Shown: positions 18,766-29,082, counted from the stretch's first letter. The stretch is 64,000 nucleotides of DNA from Actinomycetes bacterium (GCA_025934435.1 JAICYB010000001.1:131293-195292); one strand, 5' to 3'. Notes: generated by a model not told the origin, from the letters alone. A program made the numbers and translations.

Positions 18766-19737
18766 ATGGCGTTCTCGCACCGGACGGTCAAGACCAACGG
18801 CATCGACATGCACGTCGCCGAGATCGGCGAAGGCAAGCCCGTTGTGTTCGTGCACGGGTTCCCGGAGCTCTGGCGGTCGTGGCACAACCAGATGCCCGCC
18901 GTCGCGGATGCGGGGTATCGCGCGGTCGCACCCGACATGCGCGGCTACGGACGAACCACCGCTCCCGCCGAGGTCGACGCGTACAGCGTCCAGAACCTGA
19001 CCGGCGATCTCTGCGGATTGCTCGACGATCTCGGCGTCGAGAAGGCGCTCTTCGTCGGACACGACTGGGGCGCGTGGGCGATGTGGTTCATGTGCCTGCT
19101 GCATCCGGATCGCGTCGAGGCGCTCTGCAACTTGAGCGTGGCGTACGCGCCGCGCTCGGCCGGACCCCCGATCCAGATGATGCGCCAGATCTTCGGCGAG
19201 AACTTCTTCTATCAGATCTATTTCCAAGAGGTCGGTCCCGCCGATGCGGAGCTCGGACGTGATCCGCGGAAGACCGTGCGCCGGTTCGCGTGGTCGGTGT
19301 CGGGTGAGGCGGCGGAGGGACGGGACGAGAACGCGCTCTTCCAGATGATGCCGGCGAAGGACACCGGCTTCCTTGATCAGATGGCCGATCCGCCGGCCGG
19401 GAAGATGGCGTGGTTCACGAAGGAGGACGAGGACTACTTCGTCGAAGAGTTCTCACGAACCGGCTACTTCGGCCCCCTGTCGTGGTACCGCAACATCGAC
19501 CGCAACTGGGAGACGACGCCGGAGCTCGCGGACGCGAAGGTCATGCAGCCGGTGCTGTTCATCGCGGGCGCAGGTGATCCGGTCATCCGAATGCTCGCGC
19601 CCGACGGGATGCGCGAGACGGTGCCGAACCTGAAGGGGATCGACATCGTGCCGGGGGCCGGTCACTGGATCCACATGGAGAAGCCGGACGAAGTGAACAC
19701 ACGGCTCCTGAAGTTCATCAGCGACGTCGGGTACTGA
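18766..19737 (+). CDS. Alpha/beta hydrolase, epoxide hydrolase-like
   Basis: Start at MAFSHRTVKTNGIDMHVAEIGEG; HGFPELWRSWHNQ and GHDWGA motifs. The N-terminal 276 aa of the track ORF are Arg-rich junk. Confidence 0.8.
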   Translation: MAFSHRTVKTNGIDMHVAEIGEGKPVVFVHGFPELWRSWHNQMPAVADAGYRAVAPDMRGYGRTTAPAEVDAYSVQNLTGDLCGLLDDLGVEKALFVGHDWGAWAMWFMCLLHPDRVEALCNLSVAYAPRSAGPPIQMMRQIFGENFFYQIYFQEVGPADAELGRDPRKTVRRFAWSVSGEAAEGRDENALFQMMPAKDTGFLDQMADPPAGKMAWFTKEDEDYFVEEFSRTGYFGPLSWYRNIDRNWETTPELADAKVMQPVLFIAGAGDPVIRMLAPDGMRETVPNLKGIDIVPGAGHWIHMEKPDEVNTRLLKFISDVGY

Positions 19738-20194
19738 CGGCCTCCACGAACCGCTGCGGTTCGTCCGGTGAGACGACGTAACGCTTCTTCCCGTACTCGA
19801 GCACTACCGCGCGTGCCGGGTCGGTGAAGAAACCGTGGTACGTCCCGACGCTAGAGCTCCGGAACCATCCGCTGAACGCGAACATGCCGCCGTTCCCGAA
19901 CAGCCGCCACTGCGGCCACCGCAGCGTTACCCGGCGCGCATCCGTCAGGCCGCTTCGAGGGAGGCGGGTCGTCCAGATGAGCCGTTTGATCACGACGGCT
20001 TCGTCCGTGATCTCGTAGCCGCGGACCGCACTCAGGGCCGCGCCGACGAGGACCGCGACCACCAGCGGCAAGACGTAGTCGACCACGGGCGCGTCCGGTA
20101 CGCGCGCCATGACGAAGATCGCGTAGCCGATCGCGATGACGGCTACGACCGTCGTGATCTTCAGATGGACCGACCACGGAGCCCGGAACGTCAC
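19718..20194 (-). CDS. Membrane protein with 2 TM and a bacterial PH (bPH_2/DUF304-like) domain
   Basis: GTG start overlapping the DUF169 stop (GTGA); two TM helices, then YEITDEAVVIKRLIWTTRLP... Confidence 0.5.
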   Translation of the reverse strand: MTFRAPWSVHLKITTVVAVIAIGYAIFVMARVPDAPVVDYVLPLVVAVLVGAALSAVRGYEITDEAVVIKRLIWTTRLPRSGLTDARRVTLRWPQWRLFGNGGMFAFSGWFRSSSVGTYHGFFTDPARAVVLEYGKKRYVVSPDEPQRFVEAVSTRRR

Positions 20195-20901
20195 GCGAAG
20201 CGGCGTTTGTCCTCGGCCGCGTACGTCGCGACGTGTGCATCGGCCGCGACGGTCGCCCGCAGACGCTCGACGACCTCTTCGAGACGCGGCGCGGGGATCG
20301 CGCAGCTCATCTCGTCCGGCTTCATCCCCGTGCGCACGCGCGAGAGTGCGCAACCCACGCTCGCGGCGACCTCGCCTTGTTCGGCCGCGATCGGGACGAT
20401 GTGGCATTGCGGTTTGCCTTCGATGCGAAGTCCGGGCATCGCGTCGGACAGCGTCATCAGCTGCTTGCCGTCGACGCGGATGAAGACGACGTCGGGGTCG
20501 ATGGGCGTGTCCGCGAGCGGGCCGTAGGTGATGAAGTTCGACTTCTTCGACATCGTCGGGATCTTCGGAAAAACGTCCGGCGTCACCCAGCCCGCTTCGA
20601 CGAGCGCTGCGACGTCGGCGCGCGTCGCGGCTTCGGCGAGCTCGATCAATCCGTGGGTCAGGCTCCCGACGCTGCAGTTGCCGTGATCTTCGGGAACCGT
20701 CGTGAACGTGCGCTCCGCGCCGCGCATCCAGAACACGCAGCCCGCGGGGACGCGGCCGGTGCGCCCGTCCGCCGTCGGATCGGGCGCGGCCGCGTCGAAG
20801 CGTTCGACGCCCGGATCCTCGTCCGAGAACGTGATGCCGATCGGGGGTGCATCGAGGCGGAGCAGCTTCGTCAGATCTTCAGACAGTTGTTGCCAGGTCA
20901 C
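20191..20901 (-). CDS. DUF169 family protein
   Basis: GTG start overlapping the rSAM stop (GTGA); conserved PIGITFSDE...GCVFW...HGNCSVG pattern. Confidence 0.55.
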   Translation of the reverse strand: MTWQQLSEDLTKLLRLDAPPIGITFSDEDPGVERFDAAAPDPTADGRTGRVPAGCVFWMRGAERTFTTVPEDHGNCSVGSLTHGLIELAEAATRADVAALVEAGWVTPDVFPKIPTMSKKSNFITYGPLADTPIDPDVVFIRVDGKQLMTLSDAMPGLRIEGKPQCHIVPIAAEQGEVAASVGCALSRVRTGMKPDEMSCAIPAPRLEEVVERLRATVAADAHVATYAAEDKRRFA

Positions 20902-22232
20902 GTTGCCTCCGATCGAGCGAAGTCGAACTGTCCCTTCGTCGGCTCCGCGCAACAGAACCACGGTTCCGTCAGCCGCGGCCGATCTGTAACGACGACCTCA
21001 CTCGTTGGAACGGGACGGCCCGCCGCTTCGTATACGACGCTTCGAATGTCGCAGAAGACCGCTGCCGCGGACAAACCGCGCTCGGTCCCGTCCTCGACGA
21101 TCGCGGAGATCTTTCGTTGCAGCGCGTCGGTCGGCGACGTCCACCTGTACGAAAGTGTCTCGGGATCGTACGGACCGGCGTCCATCACGCCGAGCATGAG
21201 TGAACCTTCCGGAACGAGGAGACGGATCGAATACTGCACCGGATCGACGTTGCCGACGAGATCGTGCCGGGCGACGAAGTCGAGGATGTCGGCGACGTCG
21301 TCTGCCGTCGTCCACGGCGTGAAGGGGAGCCACGACGGACGGGTCTCGATCCCGTGGGATCGCAATAGTGCGACCACACGTGCTTCGTCCGCGGCGGTGT
21401 GTCCTTTGTCGAGCTTCTCGAGGATGAACTCGTTCACCGATTCGAATGCGCTTACGACGAACAGGCAACCTTGCTCCGCGAGGAGGGGGACGAGGCTCTC
21501 GTAGCGCAGGAGGTGCGAGACCTTCGCCGTCACGTCGAAGGTTACGTTCGGGAACCGCTGGTGCAGCATCTCGACGATCTTCATCGAGTGCGCCCAGCGG
21601 TTGAGGAAGTCGGGATCGCCGAACGTGATGTGCTCGGCTCCCGCTTCGATCTGCTGCGCGATGTCGTCCATCACGACGTCGACGGGGACGCGCCGCGTAC
21701 GACCGTCGTACACGACCGGCACCGGGCAGTGGCGGCAGCGGTGGACGCACCCGTGCGACGCCTCGACATATCCGGCGAGCCTGCGGGACGCACCGATCTC
21801 GAGCTGCGCGTAGCGCTCGAGCGAAGGAAGCGACTCACGGACGGGGAGATGGAAACGCTGGCGCGCGGTGGAGATCCGTCCGGAGGGAGCGACCCCGGCG
21901 AGCCATGCGAGCAGGGCCGGCTCGTACTCGCCGGCGAAGGCTTCGTCGGCGGGGCCCTTGACCGTCGCGTAGAGGCCGTAGAAGGCGATCGGCAAGCCGG
22001 GATGGTGCGCCTTGATCTCCTCCGCGCCCTTGATCGCGAGGCGCATCGCCGTGTGCATCGGGACGGAGAACGCGACGGCGTCTGCGCTCTCGATGAGGGC
22101 GGGAGCCCAGTCCTCGACGGAGATGTCGAGCGTCGTGACCTGGTGGCCCGCGGCGCGCAGAGCCGCGGCCGGCGATGCGATGTGCAGCGGCTGGTGGCCG
22201 AGCTCGTAGGTGGAGACGAGGAGAACGCGCAT
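20898..22232 (-). CDS. B12-binding domain radical SAM protein
   Basis: Start at MRVLLVSTYELGH (ATG 22232). N-terminal Rossmann/B12-like domain, then the CVHRCRHCPV CxxxCxxC radical SAM motif. Confidence 0.8.
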   Translation of the reverse strand: MRVLLVSTYELGHQPLHIASPAAALRAAGHQVTTLDISVEDWAPALIESADAVAFSVPMHTAMRLAIKGAEEIKAHHPGLPIAFYGLYATVKGPADEAFAGEYEPALLAWLAGVAPSGRISTARQRFHLPVRESLPSLERYAQLEIGASRRLAGYVEASHGCVHRCRHCPVPVVYDGRTRRVPVDVVMDDIAQQIEAGAEHITFGDPDFLNRWAHSMKIVEMLHQRFPNVTFDVTAKVSHLLRYESLVPLLAEQGCLFVVSAFESVNEFILEKLDKGHTAADEARVVALLRSHGIETRPSWLPFTPWTTADDVADILDFVARHDLVGNVDPVQYSIRLLVPEGSLMLGVMDAGPYDPETLSYRWTSPTDALQRKISAIVEDGTERGLSAAAVFCDIRSVVYEAAGRPVPTSEVVVTDRPRLTEPWFCCAEPTKGQFDFARSEAT

Positions 22233-22265
22233 GAAACCTAACCCTAACCCCCGGTTACCCTGGCG

Positions 22266-22916
22266 TTGATGCGTGTGTTCTTGCTCGACGATCACGAGGT
22301 CGTCCGTCGCGGTCTGGCGGAGATCCTTCGTGATGAGGACGGATTCGACGTCGTCGGTGAAGCCGCCACGAGCAGCGGGGCGCTGAAGCAGATCGCCGAG
22401 GCGCAGCCGGACGTCGCCGTCCTCGACGTCCGGCTCCCCGATGGAGATGGCGTCGAAGTGTGCCGGGAGATCCGGTCCGCCGTCCCCGACTGCCGCTGCC
22501 TCATCCTCACGGCCTTCGCGGACGACACCGCGCTCTTCGCGGCGATCGTCGCGGGGGCGTCCGGGTTCCTGCTGAAGACGGCACCGGCCGACGAGATGAT
22601 CGATGCCATCCGGACCGTCGGTTCCGGCGGATCCCTCCTCGACCCGGCCGTCGTGGAGCGCGTGTTCGAGCGCGTCCGCGAGCGGACGGAGAAGAAGGAG
22701 GATCCGCTCGCCGGTCTCACGCCGCAGGAGCACCGGATCTTCGATCTCATCGCGGGCGGTCTGACCAACCGGGAGATCGCCGAGCAGATGTTCCTCGCCG
22801 AGAAGACGGTGAAGAATTACGTGTCGAACCTCCTCGCGAAGCTCGGGATGTCCCGGCGCGTTCAGGCCGCGCTTTTGGCCTACGAGCTCCGTGACCAGCG
22901 CGAAAAGCCTGACTAG
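22266..22916 (+). CDS. LuxR/NarL-family response regulator (REC plus HTH_LuxR), orphan
   Basis: RVFLLDDHEVVRRGL...DVAVLDVRLPDGDG receiver; C-terminal LTPQEHRIFDLIAGGLTNREIAEQMFLAEKTVKNY. Confidence 0.85.
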   Translation: MMRVFLLDDHEVVRRGLAEILRDEDGFDVVGEAATSSGALKQIAEAQPDVAVLDVRLPDGDGVEVCREIRSAVPDCRCLILTAFADDTALFAAIVAGASGFLLKTAPADEMIDAIRTVGSGGSLLDPAVVERVFERVRERTEKKEDPLAGLTPQEHRIFDLIAGGLTNREIAEQMFLAEKTVKNYVSNLLAKLGMSRRVQAALLAYELRDQREKPD

Positions 22917-23490
22917 TCCTTTCTGAGCGTTCCGCTCATGTGACCGGGTCCCTGGTCGGCGCGTGACCTTCGGCCCTACGGACCGACCCCTCTGTCGCCC
23001 GATGCTGCCTGTGGCCCGCACGTCGGGGCCAACGGTGTCAGCGGAAGGCCCAAGCGATGACCGGCCCGATCAACACAGAGCGAGCGTTCTGGGACCTCGC
23101 TTGGGCGATCGAACGAGTTGATGATTCGACGGGGAGCCGGACGGGAAGATCCAGCCGTCCCGCGCTGTCGAGCTGTGGATCGGATGCCCCTAGCACCCCA
23201 CGATCCACGCCACCGGAGGCGCCTGTGCTTCGCTTCGGCGGAGCGGAGGCAACCGCAGTGCGGGGCGACATCCCCCTCCGCACGGGTCCTCTCACGACGG
23301 CTCCCCGTCATCTCTACCTGATCAGCAACGTCTCCTCCGCAAGCGCCCGGACGAACCCACGGGAATCGTCGTGCGGGCCGGCAGTGACGGAGCCCTCGAG
23401 GCTCGTCGGGCGCTGCGGGGAGACCTCTCCCGTTCTCGAGATCAATCGCTTCCTCGGAGGGACGCGCACGACCGATGGAGGTGAACAGAA

Positions 23491-26400
23491 GTGAGAAGCC
23501 CGGCAGCAACGATGATGCGAAACAAAGCGGCGGCGATCCTTACTGCCGTTCTTCTTGTCCTTGGTGGGCTCGGCGGCGTAGCGATCGCCGTGACCGTAGG
23601 GGGCGGCACGCTCGGCAACTTCGAGAACGACGGCAACTTCGCCGTCGACCATGGTGGTCAGCTCGACTGGGCCAACGTGTCGTCCTCGAAGACCGTCGAC
23701 GACACAGCGGACAGCGGATTCACGCAAGGGTCGAAGGAACTCGACCCGAGCCAGTGGGTCTGCGGCACCGGCGGAGCGAACCCGGACAAGGGGAACATCC
23801 TCCGCGCCTACGTCGACGGGCGGATCAGCGCGAGCAGCGCGTTCATCGATCTTGCGTGGGTACGCCAGGGCGTGTCGGGAACCGGCGACGTCCACCTCAA
23901 CTTCGAGTTCAGCCAGAAGGGGACGGCACAGGACCCGGCGAGCTTCACGCCCGGCCCATGCGGGATCAGCCGGACCCAAGGCGACCTTCTGATCACCTAC
24001 GACTTCCCGGGCGGCAGCTCCGACCCGGACATCAAGGCGTTCAAGTGGGACGCGACCCCCGGCGGCGCCGACGAAGGCCAGTGGATCGACCAGAACTTGC
24101 CCGCGTCGGCCGCGAAGGCCGCCGTGAACCAGGTGACCGTCCACGACACCATCCAGAACGTCGACGTCGACCCCGGTCGCTTCGGCGAGGCGACGATCGA
24201 TCTGCTCGCCGCCATCCCGCCGGACGCGAACGGTCACTGCACGACGTTCGGCTACCTGAACGTTCGCTCGCGGTCGTCCGGTGAGTCGATCACCTCGGCA
24301 CTCCAGGACAAGCTTCCGACGACGGCGATCGATCTCTCCACCTGCGGCAAGATCGTCGTCCACAAGACGGACGACCATGTTCCGTCGCAACCGCTCGCCG
24401 GGGCCGTCTTCGGTCTCTTCAAGAACTCTCCGAACGGCGCGCCGATCGCGCAGGCGACGAGCCAGGCCGATGGTTCGGCCACGTTCGACACGGTCGACCC
24501 GGGCACGTACTACGTGAAGGAGCTCAGCGCTCCGTCCACCGACTACACGCTCGACTCGACGGTCGTCGGGCCGTTGACCCTGAACTTCCGCCAGACGCTC
24601 GACGTCACATCTCACGTCTTCGTCAACCCGCGCAAGGTCGGGTCGCTGCACATCATCAAGCTCGTCAACGACGGCAACGGCAACCCGATCACCCCGCTGA
24701 ACCTCGCGGGTCTCGACGGGACCTCCTTCGTGGTCTTCAAGGACGCGAACAACAACGGCACGTTCGACGCCGGTGAAGACGCGAAACTCTGGCCGGCACA
24801 GACGACGGACGCCACGTGCACCATCAGTGGCGGTCTCGGCTACTGCAACGTCGGCCCGCTGCCGACCGGCACGTACGGCGTGCACGAGATCACGGCGCCC
24901 GCGGGCACGCAGATGGGCCCGGACATCTTCCCGGTCGCGATCCTCGCCGCCGGTGCGACGGTCGATGTGCCGTTCACGAACACCGTTCGTGTCAACGCGC
25001 GTCTGTCGCTGACACCGAACAAGGCGGCCAACCAGGTCGGCAACAAGCACACCTTCACCGCGCACCTCGAGCTCGACCACGGCGACGGACACGGATTCGT
25101 GAACGCGCCGGCCGGCGAGACGATCAACGTCACCAAGGTTTCCGGTCCGGGAGCGCTCTCGGCTTCGAGCTGCGCGACCGACGCGAGCGGACAGTGCACG
25201 GTCGACCTCAACTCCTCGGTCACGGGTCTTACGACCGTTCGCGCGAGCTGGAACGGCCTCGTTTCGACGAATGTCGGCCCCGCGCCGGCGTCGACGACTT
25301 CGAACGATGCGGTGAAGCGGTGGACGGACGCGAAGCTCGTTCTGACGCCGCCGTCCGCAGCGAACCAGGTCGGGAACACGCACACGTTCTTCGGCGCGCT
25401 CTCCTTCGACTACGGCGACGGGCACGGGTTCGTCGCGGCGCCGGCCGGCGAAACGATCGGTTTCGTGAAGTCGTCCGGTCCCGGGACGCTTTCTTCGAGC
25501 GGCTGCTCGACGAATGCGACGGGCATGTGCTCCGTCAACCTCGACTCGTCCGTGACGGGTCTCACGACGGTGCACGCGAGTTGGAACGGGCACATCGCGA
25601 CCGCCGAAGGTGATGCGTCCGCATCGACGACGTCGAACGACGCCGTCAAGCGCTGGACGAACGCGCACCTCACGCTGTCGCCGAACGGCGCGGCGAACCA
25701 GATCAACAACAAGCACACCTTCACGACGCACCTGACCTTTGACTACGGCGACGGGAACGGTTTCGTCGACGCGCCGGCGGGTCAGACGATCAACGTCTCG
25801 AAGGTCTCAGGTCCGGGCGCGCTCTCGGCATCGAGTTGCACGACGGATGCCGGCGGACAGTGCACCGTCGATCTGACCTCATCGACGACGGGACTGACGG
25901 ACGTCAAGGCGACCTGGAGCGGCTCCATCGCGACCGCCGAAGGCAACGCGGCGGGGTCGACGAGCTCCAACGACGCGCTGAAGCGCTGGGTCGACGCGCA
26001 CCTCGCGCTGACTCCGCCGACGGCCGTGAACCGCATCGGTGACGTCCACACGTTCACCGCGACACTGACCTTCGACTACGGCGACGGGCAAGGTTTCGTC
26101 GCGGCACCGGCCGGCGAGACGATCGATATCTCGAAGACGTCCGGGCCGGGAGCGCTGTCGGCTCCGAGCTGCACGACGAACGCGAGCGGACAGTGCACGG
26201 TCGACCTCAACTCGTCCGTGACGGGAACGACCGATGTCCAGGCGAACTGGGCGGGCGACATCGCAACCGCGCAGGGCAACGCTGTGGCGACGGCGCAGGG
26301 ATCGGCCGAGAAGATCTGGGTCGACGCGCTGATCCAGATCTCACCGCCGCAAGCGGCGGACCAGGTTGGTGACAACCACGTGCTGACGATCGACGTCAGC

Positions 26401-29061
26401 GCGGTGACCGGCGGCGTCGCGTCGCCGGTGTCGGGCATCGATGTGCACGCGGCGATCACGAATGGTCCCGGTGGGTTCGTCGGTCCGGATGACTGCACGA
26501 CGAACGCGTCCGGCGAGTGCACGGTGACGATCAAGTCGACGACGACGGGCATCACGACGGTGCAGGCGTCGGCGGACGTGAACGTGAACGGCAAGATCGT
26601 TCACCTCGTCACCGACGGCCAGGGCAGCGACCCGGCCCCCGCGCAGAAGGTGTGGGTCAACGCGCACCTCACCCTCGATCCGCCTGCGGCCGCGAACCAG
26701 GTCGGAGTCACACACACATTCACCGCCCACCTGACGTACGACTACGGCGACGGTAAGGGCTTCGTCGACGCGCCGTCGGGCGAGACGATCGACCTCACGA
26801 AGGTCTCGGGTCCGGGCGCGCTCGCCGCGCCGAGTTGCACCACGAACTCGAACGGCGAATGCACCGTCGACCTGACGTCGGCTACGACGGGACTGACGAC
26901 GGTCGACGCGAGCTGGAACGGCCACATCGCGACGGCGTCGGGTTCCGCGAGCGCGAACGCGTCCTCGAACGACGCGCTCAAGCGCTGGACGGACGCGCAC
27001 CTGACGCTTTCACCGCCTGCGGCGGCGAACCAGGTAGGCAACAAGCACACGTTCACGGCTCACCTGACCTTCGACTACGGCGACGGGAAGAACTTCGTCG
27101 ACGCGCCGTCCGGTGAGACGGTTGATCTGACGAAGGCTTCCGGGCCGGGAACGCTCTCCGCGTCGAGCTGCACCACGAACTCGAGCGGCGAGTGCACGGT
27201 CGATCTGAACTCGGGCGTCACGGGTCTTGCGACCGTGGACGCGAGCTGGAACGGACAGATCGCGACGGCGCAGGGCGCGGCGAGCGCATCGGTGTCGTCG
27301 AACGACGCCGTGAAGCGCTGGATCGACGTCAAGCTCGACCTCACACCGCCGAGTGCGGTCAACCGGATCGGTGACGTCCACGTCTTCACCGCGCACCTGA
27401 GCTTCGACAGGGGTGACGCGAACGGGTTCGTGGACGCGCCGGCGGGCGAGACGGTCGACTTCTCGAAGCTCTCCGGACCGGGAACGCTCTCGGCACCGAG
27501 CTGCACCACGAACGCGAGCGGCGAGTGCACGGTCAACCTCAACTCGACGCAGACCGGTACGACGGATGTGGAAGCGTCCTGGGGCGGGCACGTGACGACG
27601 GCGCAGGGCGACGCGGTTGCGAGCACGCACGCCGACGCGGAGAAGATCTGGGTCGACGCGCTGATGATCATCAATCCGCCGCAGGCGGAAAACGAGGTCG
27701 GACACAACCACGTCTTCACGATCAACGTGAACCAGGTCGTGAACGGCGTGACGTCGGCCGCCGGCAACGTGGACGTCACAGCGTCCATCGTGAGCGGACC
27801 GGGTTCCTTCGTCGGGCCGAACACGTGCACGACGAACCCGGCCGGTGAGTGCACCGTCACGATCGTGTCGAACGACACGGGTGTCACGACGGTCGAGGCT
27901 GCGGCGACGGTGTCGGTCAACGGCAAGGCGATCAACCTGATCACGGACGGACAGGGCACGAACGCTCCGGCGGCAGTGAAGCGCTGGGTCAACGCGCGCC
28001 TCGGCGTGACGCCGCCCGACGCTACGAACATCGTGGGCCACGTCCACGTGTTCACCGCGCACCTCGAGCTCGACTTCGGCGACGGCAAGGGCTTCGTCAA
28101 CGCCCCCGCCGGCGAGACGATCTCGTGGGCCAAGACGTCGGGCGTCGGCGCGCTCTCGTCGAGCACGTGCACGACGGACGCCAACGGCACCTGCACGGAC
28201 GACCTGAACTCGACGGTCTCCGGTCAGACCGAAGTCGCCGCGACGTGGAACGGCACGATGGCGACGGCGCAGGGTTCGGCGTCGCTCGCACGGGCGGCCG
28301 AAGCACACAAGAACTGGGTCGCACACCCCGCGATCAACATCGTGAAGGGTGGCGCGGTGCTCGCGCACGAAGGCGACATCGTGACCTACTCCTTCAAGGT
28401 GACGAACACGGGCGACGTTCCGCTGGTGAACGTGGCCGTCACAGACGACATCATGGGTTCGATCGGAACCATCGGTAACCTCGCCGTCGGTCAGAGCAAG
28501 ACCGTGACGAAGGACTTCACGGTGCCGGCGAACTCGACGACGATCACGAACATCGGCAAGGCCTGCGGTGTCGACTCCGACAGCACGCAGGTGTGCGACA
28601 CGGACAACCACACCCTGTTCGTGATCCACCCGACGATCCAGATCGTGAAGACGGCGAATCCGACGACGGCGGACCCGGGTCAGACGGTGACCTACACCTA
28701 CGTCGTGACGAACCTCGGCGACACGACCCTGAACAACGTGGTCGTGACCGACGACATCATCGGGAACGTCGGCACGATCGCATCGCTCAAGCCGAACGAG
28801 TCTCAGACGCTGAAGAAGACGTTCACGGTCGCGGCGAACTCACCGCGGACGAACATCGGAAAGGCGTGCGGGACGGACGTCCTGAGCAAGACGGTCTGCG
28901 ACACGGACCCGGCGACGATCAGCATCGTCCTGCCGATCCCGCCGCAGCACCGGCTCCCGAAGACGGGACTCGAGCTCCTGCTCTGGACAGCGTTCGGCAT
29001 GGTTCTGACGGCAGCAGGTCTGGCGATGATGAAGACGCGCCGCTACTTCCTTCCCGAATAG
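23491..29061 (+). CDS. Giant LPXTG-anchored surface protein: signal peptide, unknown N-domain, 2 Cna-B/SpaA-like domains, 10 Ig-like tandem repeats, 2 DUF11 domains, LPKTG sorting signal
   Basis: 1856 aa. C-terminal LPKTG plus hydrophobic stretch plus KTRRYF. DUF11: IQIVKTANPTTADPGQTVTYTYVVTNLGDTTLNNVVVTDD. Cna-B-like: GAVFGLFKNSPNGAP...GSATFDTVDPGTYYVKE. Confidence 0.85.
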   Translation: MRSPAATMMRNKAAAILTAVLLVLGGLGGVAIAVTVGGGTLGNFENDGNFAVDHGGQLDWANVSSSKTVDDTADSGFTQGSKELDPSQWVCGTGGANPDKGNILRAYVDGRISASSAFIDLAWVRQGVSGTGDVHLNFEFSQKGTAQDPASFTPGPCGISRTQGDLLITYDFPGGSSDPDIKAFKWDATPGGADEGQWIDQNLPASAAKAAVNQVTVHDTIQNVDVDPGRFGEATIDLLAAIPPDANGHCTTFGYLNVRSRSSGESITSALQDKLPTTAIDLSTCGKIVVHKTDDHVPSQPLAGAVFGLFKNSPNGAPIAQATSQADGSATFDTVDPGTYYVKELSAPSTDYTLDSTVVGPLTLNFRQTLDVTSHVFVNPRKVGSLHIIKLVNDGNGNPITPLNLAGLDGTSFVVFKDANNNGTFDAGEDAKLWPAQTTDATCTISGGLGYCNVGPLPTGTYGVHEITAPAGTQMGPDIFPVAILAAGATVDVPFTNTVRVNARLSLTPNKAANQVGNKHTFTAHLELDHGDGHGFVNAPAGETINVTKVSGPGALSASSCATDASGQCTVDLNSSVTGLTTVRASWNGLVSTNVGPAPASTTSNDAVKRWTDAKLVLTPPSAANQVGNTHTFFGALSFDYGDGHGFVAAPAGETIGFVKSSGPGTLSSSGCSTNATGMCSVNLDSSVTGLTTVHASWNGHIATAEGDASASTTSNDAVKRWTNAHLTLSPNGAANQINNKHTFTTHLTFDYGDGNGFVDAPAGQTINVSKVSGPGALSASSCTTDAGGQCTVDLTSSTTGLTDVKATWSGSIATAEGNAAGSTSSNDALKRWVDAHLALTPPTAVNRIGDVHTFTATLTFDYGDGQGFVAAPAGETIDISKTSGPGALSAPSCTTNASGQCTVDLNSSVTGTTDVQANWAGDIATAQGNAVATAQGSAEKIWVDALIQISPPQAADQVGDNHVLTIDVSAVTGGVASPVSGIDVHAAITNGPGGFVGPDDCTTNASGECTVTIKSTTTGITTVQASADVNVNGKIVHLVTDGQGSDPAPAQKVWVNAHLTLDPPAAANQVGVTHTFTAHLTYDYGDGKGFVDAPSGETIDLTKVSGPGALAAPSCTTNSNGECTVDLTSATTGLTTVDASWNGHIATASGSASANASSNDALKRWTDAHLTLSPPAAANQVGNKHTFTAHLTFDYGDGKNFVDAPSGETVDLTKASGPGTLSASSCTTNSSGECTVDLNSGVTGLATVDASWNGQIATAQGAASASVSSNDAVKRWIDVKLDLTPPSAVNRIGDVHVFTAHLSFDRGDANGFVDAPAGETVDFSKLSGPGTLSAPSCTTNASGECTVNLNSTQTGTTDVEASWGGHVTTAQGDAVASTHADAEKIWVDALMIINPPQAENEVGHNHVFTINVNQVVNGVTSAAGNVDVTASIVSGPGSFVGPNTCTTNPAGECTVTIVSNDTGVTTVEAAATVSVNGKAINLITDGQGTNAPAAVKRWVNARLGVTPPDATNIVGHVHVFTAHLELDFGDGKGFVNAPAGETISWAKTSGVGALSSSTCTTDANGTCTDDLNSTVSGQTEVAATWNGTMATAQGSASLARAAEAHKNWVAHPAINIVKGGAVLAHEGDIVTYSFKVTNTGDVPLVNVAVTDDIMGSIGTIGNLAVGQSKTVTKDFTVPANSTTITNIGKACGVDSDSTQVCDTDNHTLFVIHPTIQIVKTANPTTADPGQTVTYTYVVTNLGDTTLNNVVVTDDIIGNVGTIASLKPNESQTLKKTFTVAANSPRTNIGKACGTDVLSKTVCDTDPATISIVLPIPPQHRLPKTGLELLLWTAFGMVLTAAGLAMMKTRRYFLPE
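24987..28320 (+). repeat. Ten diverged in-frame tandem coding repeats (~345 bp / ~115 aa) inside the giant surface-protein gene
   Basis: Unit consensus W.DA.L.L.PP.AANQVGN.HTFTAHL.FDYGDG.GFVDAP.GETI...K.SGPG.LSA.SCTT.A.G.CTVDL.S..TGLT.V.ASWNG.IATA.G; variant units at repeats 5 and 9. About 80% nt identity between units. Confidence 0.7.
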
Positions 29062-29082
29062 CGCGCGTCGAAGGACGACTAC

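Noticed and set aside
20898-20961. Apparent 64-nt overlap between the DUF169 ORF and the rSAM gene
   Set aside because: Resolved by starting DUF169 at the GTG at 20901, which forms a GTGA overlap with the rSAM stop.
24987-28320. Tandem ~345-bp repeats considered as a possible CRISPR or non-coding repeat array
   Set aside because: The period is too long, there are no spacers, the units are only ~80% identical and all in frame within one continuous ORF encoding Ig-like domains.
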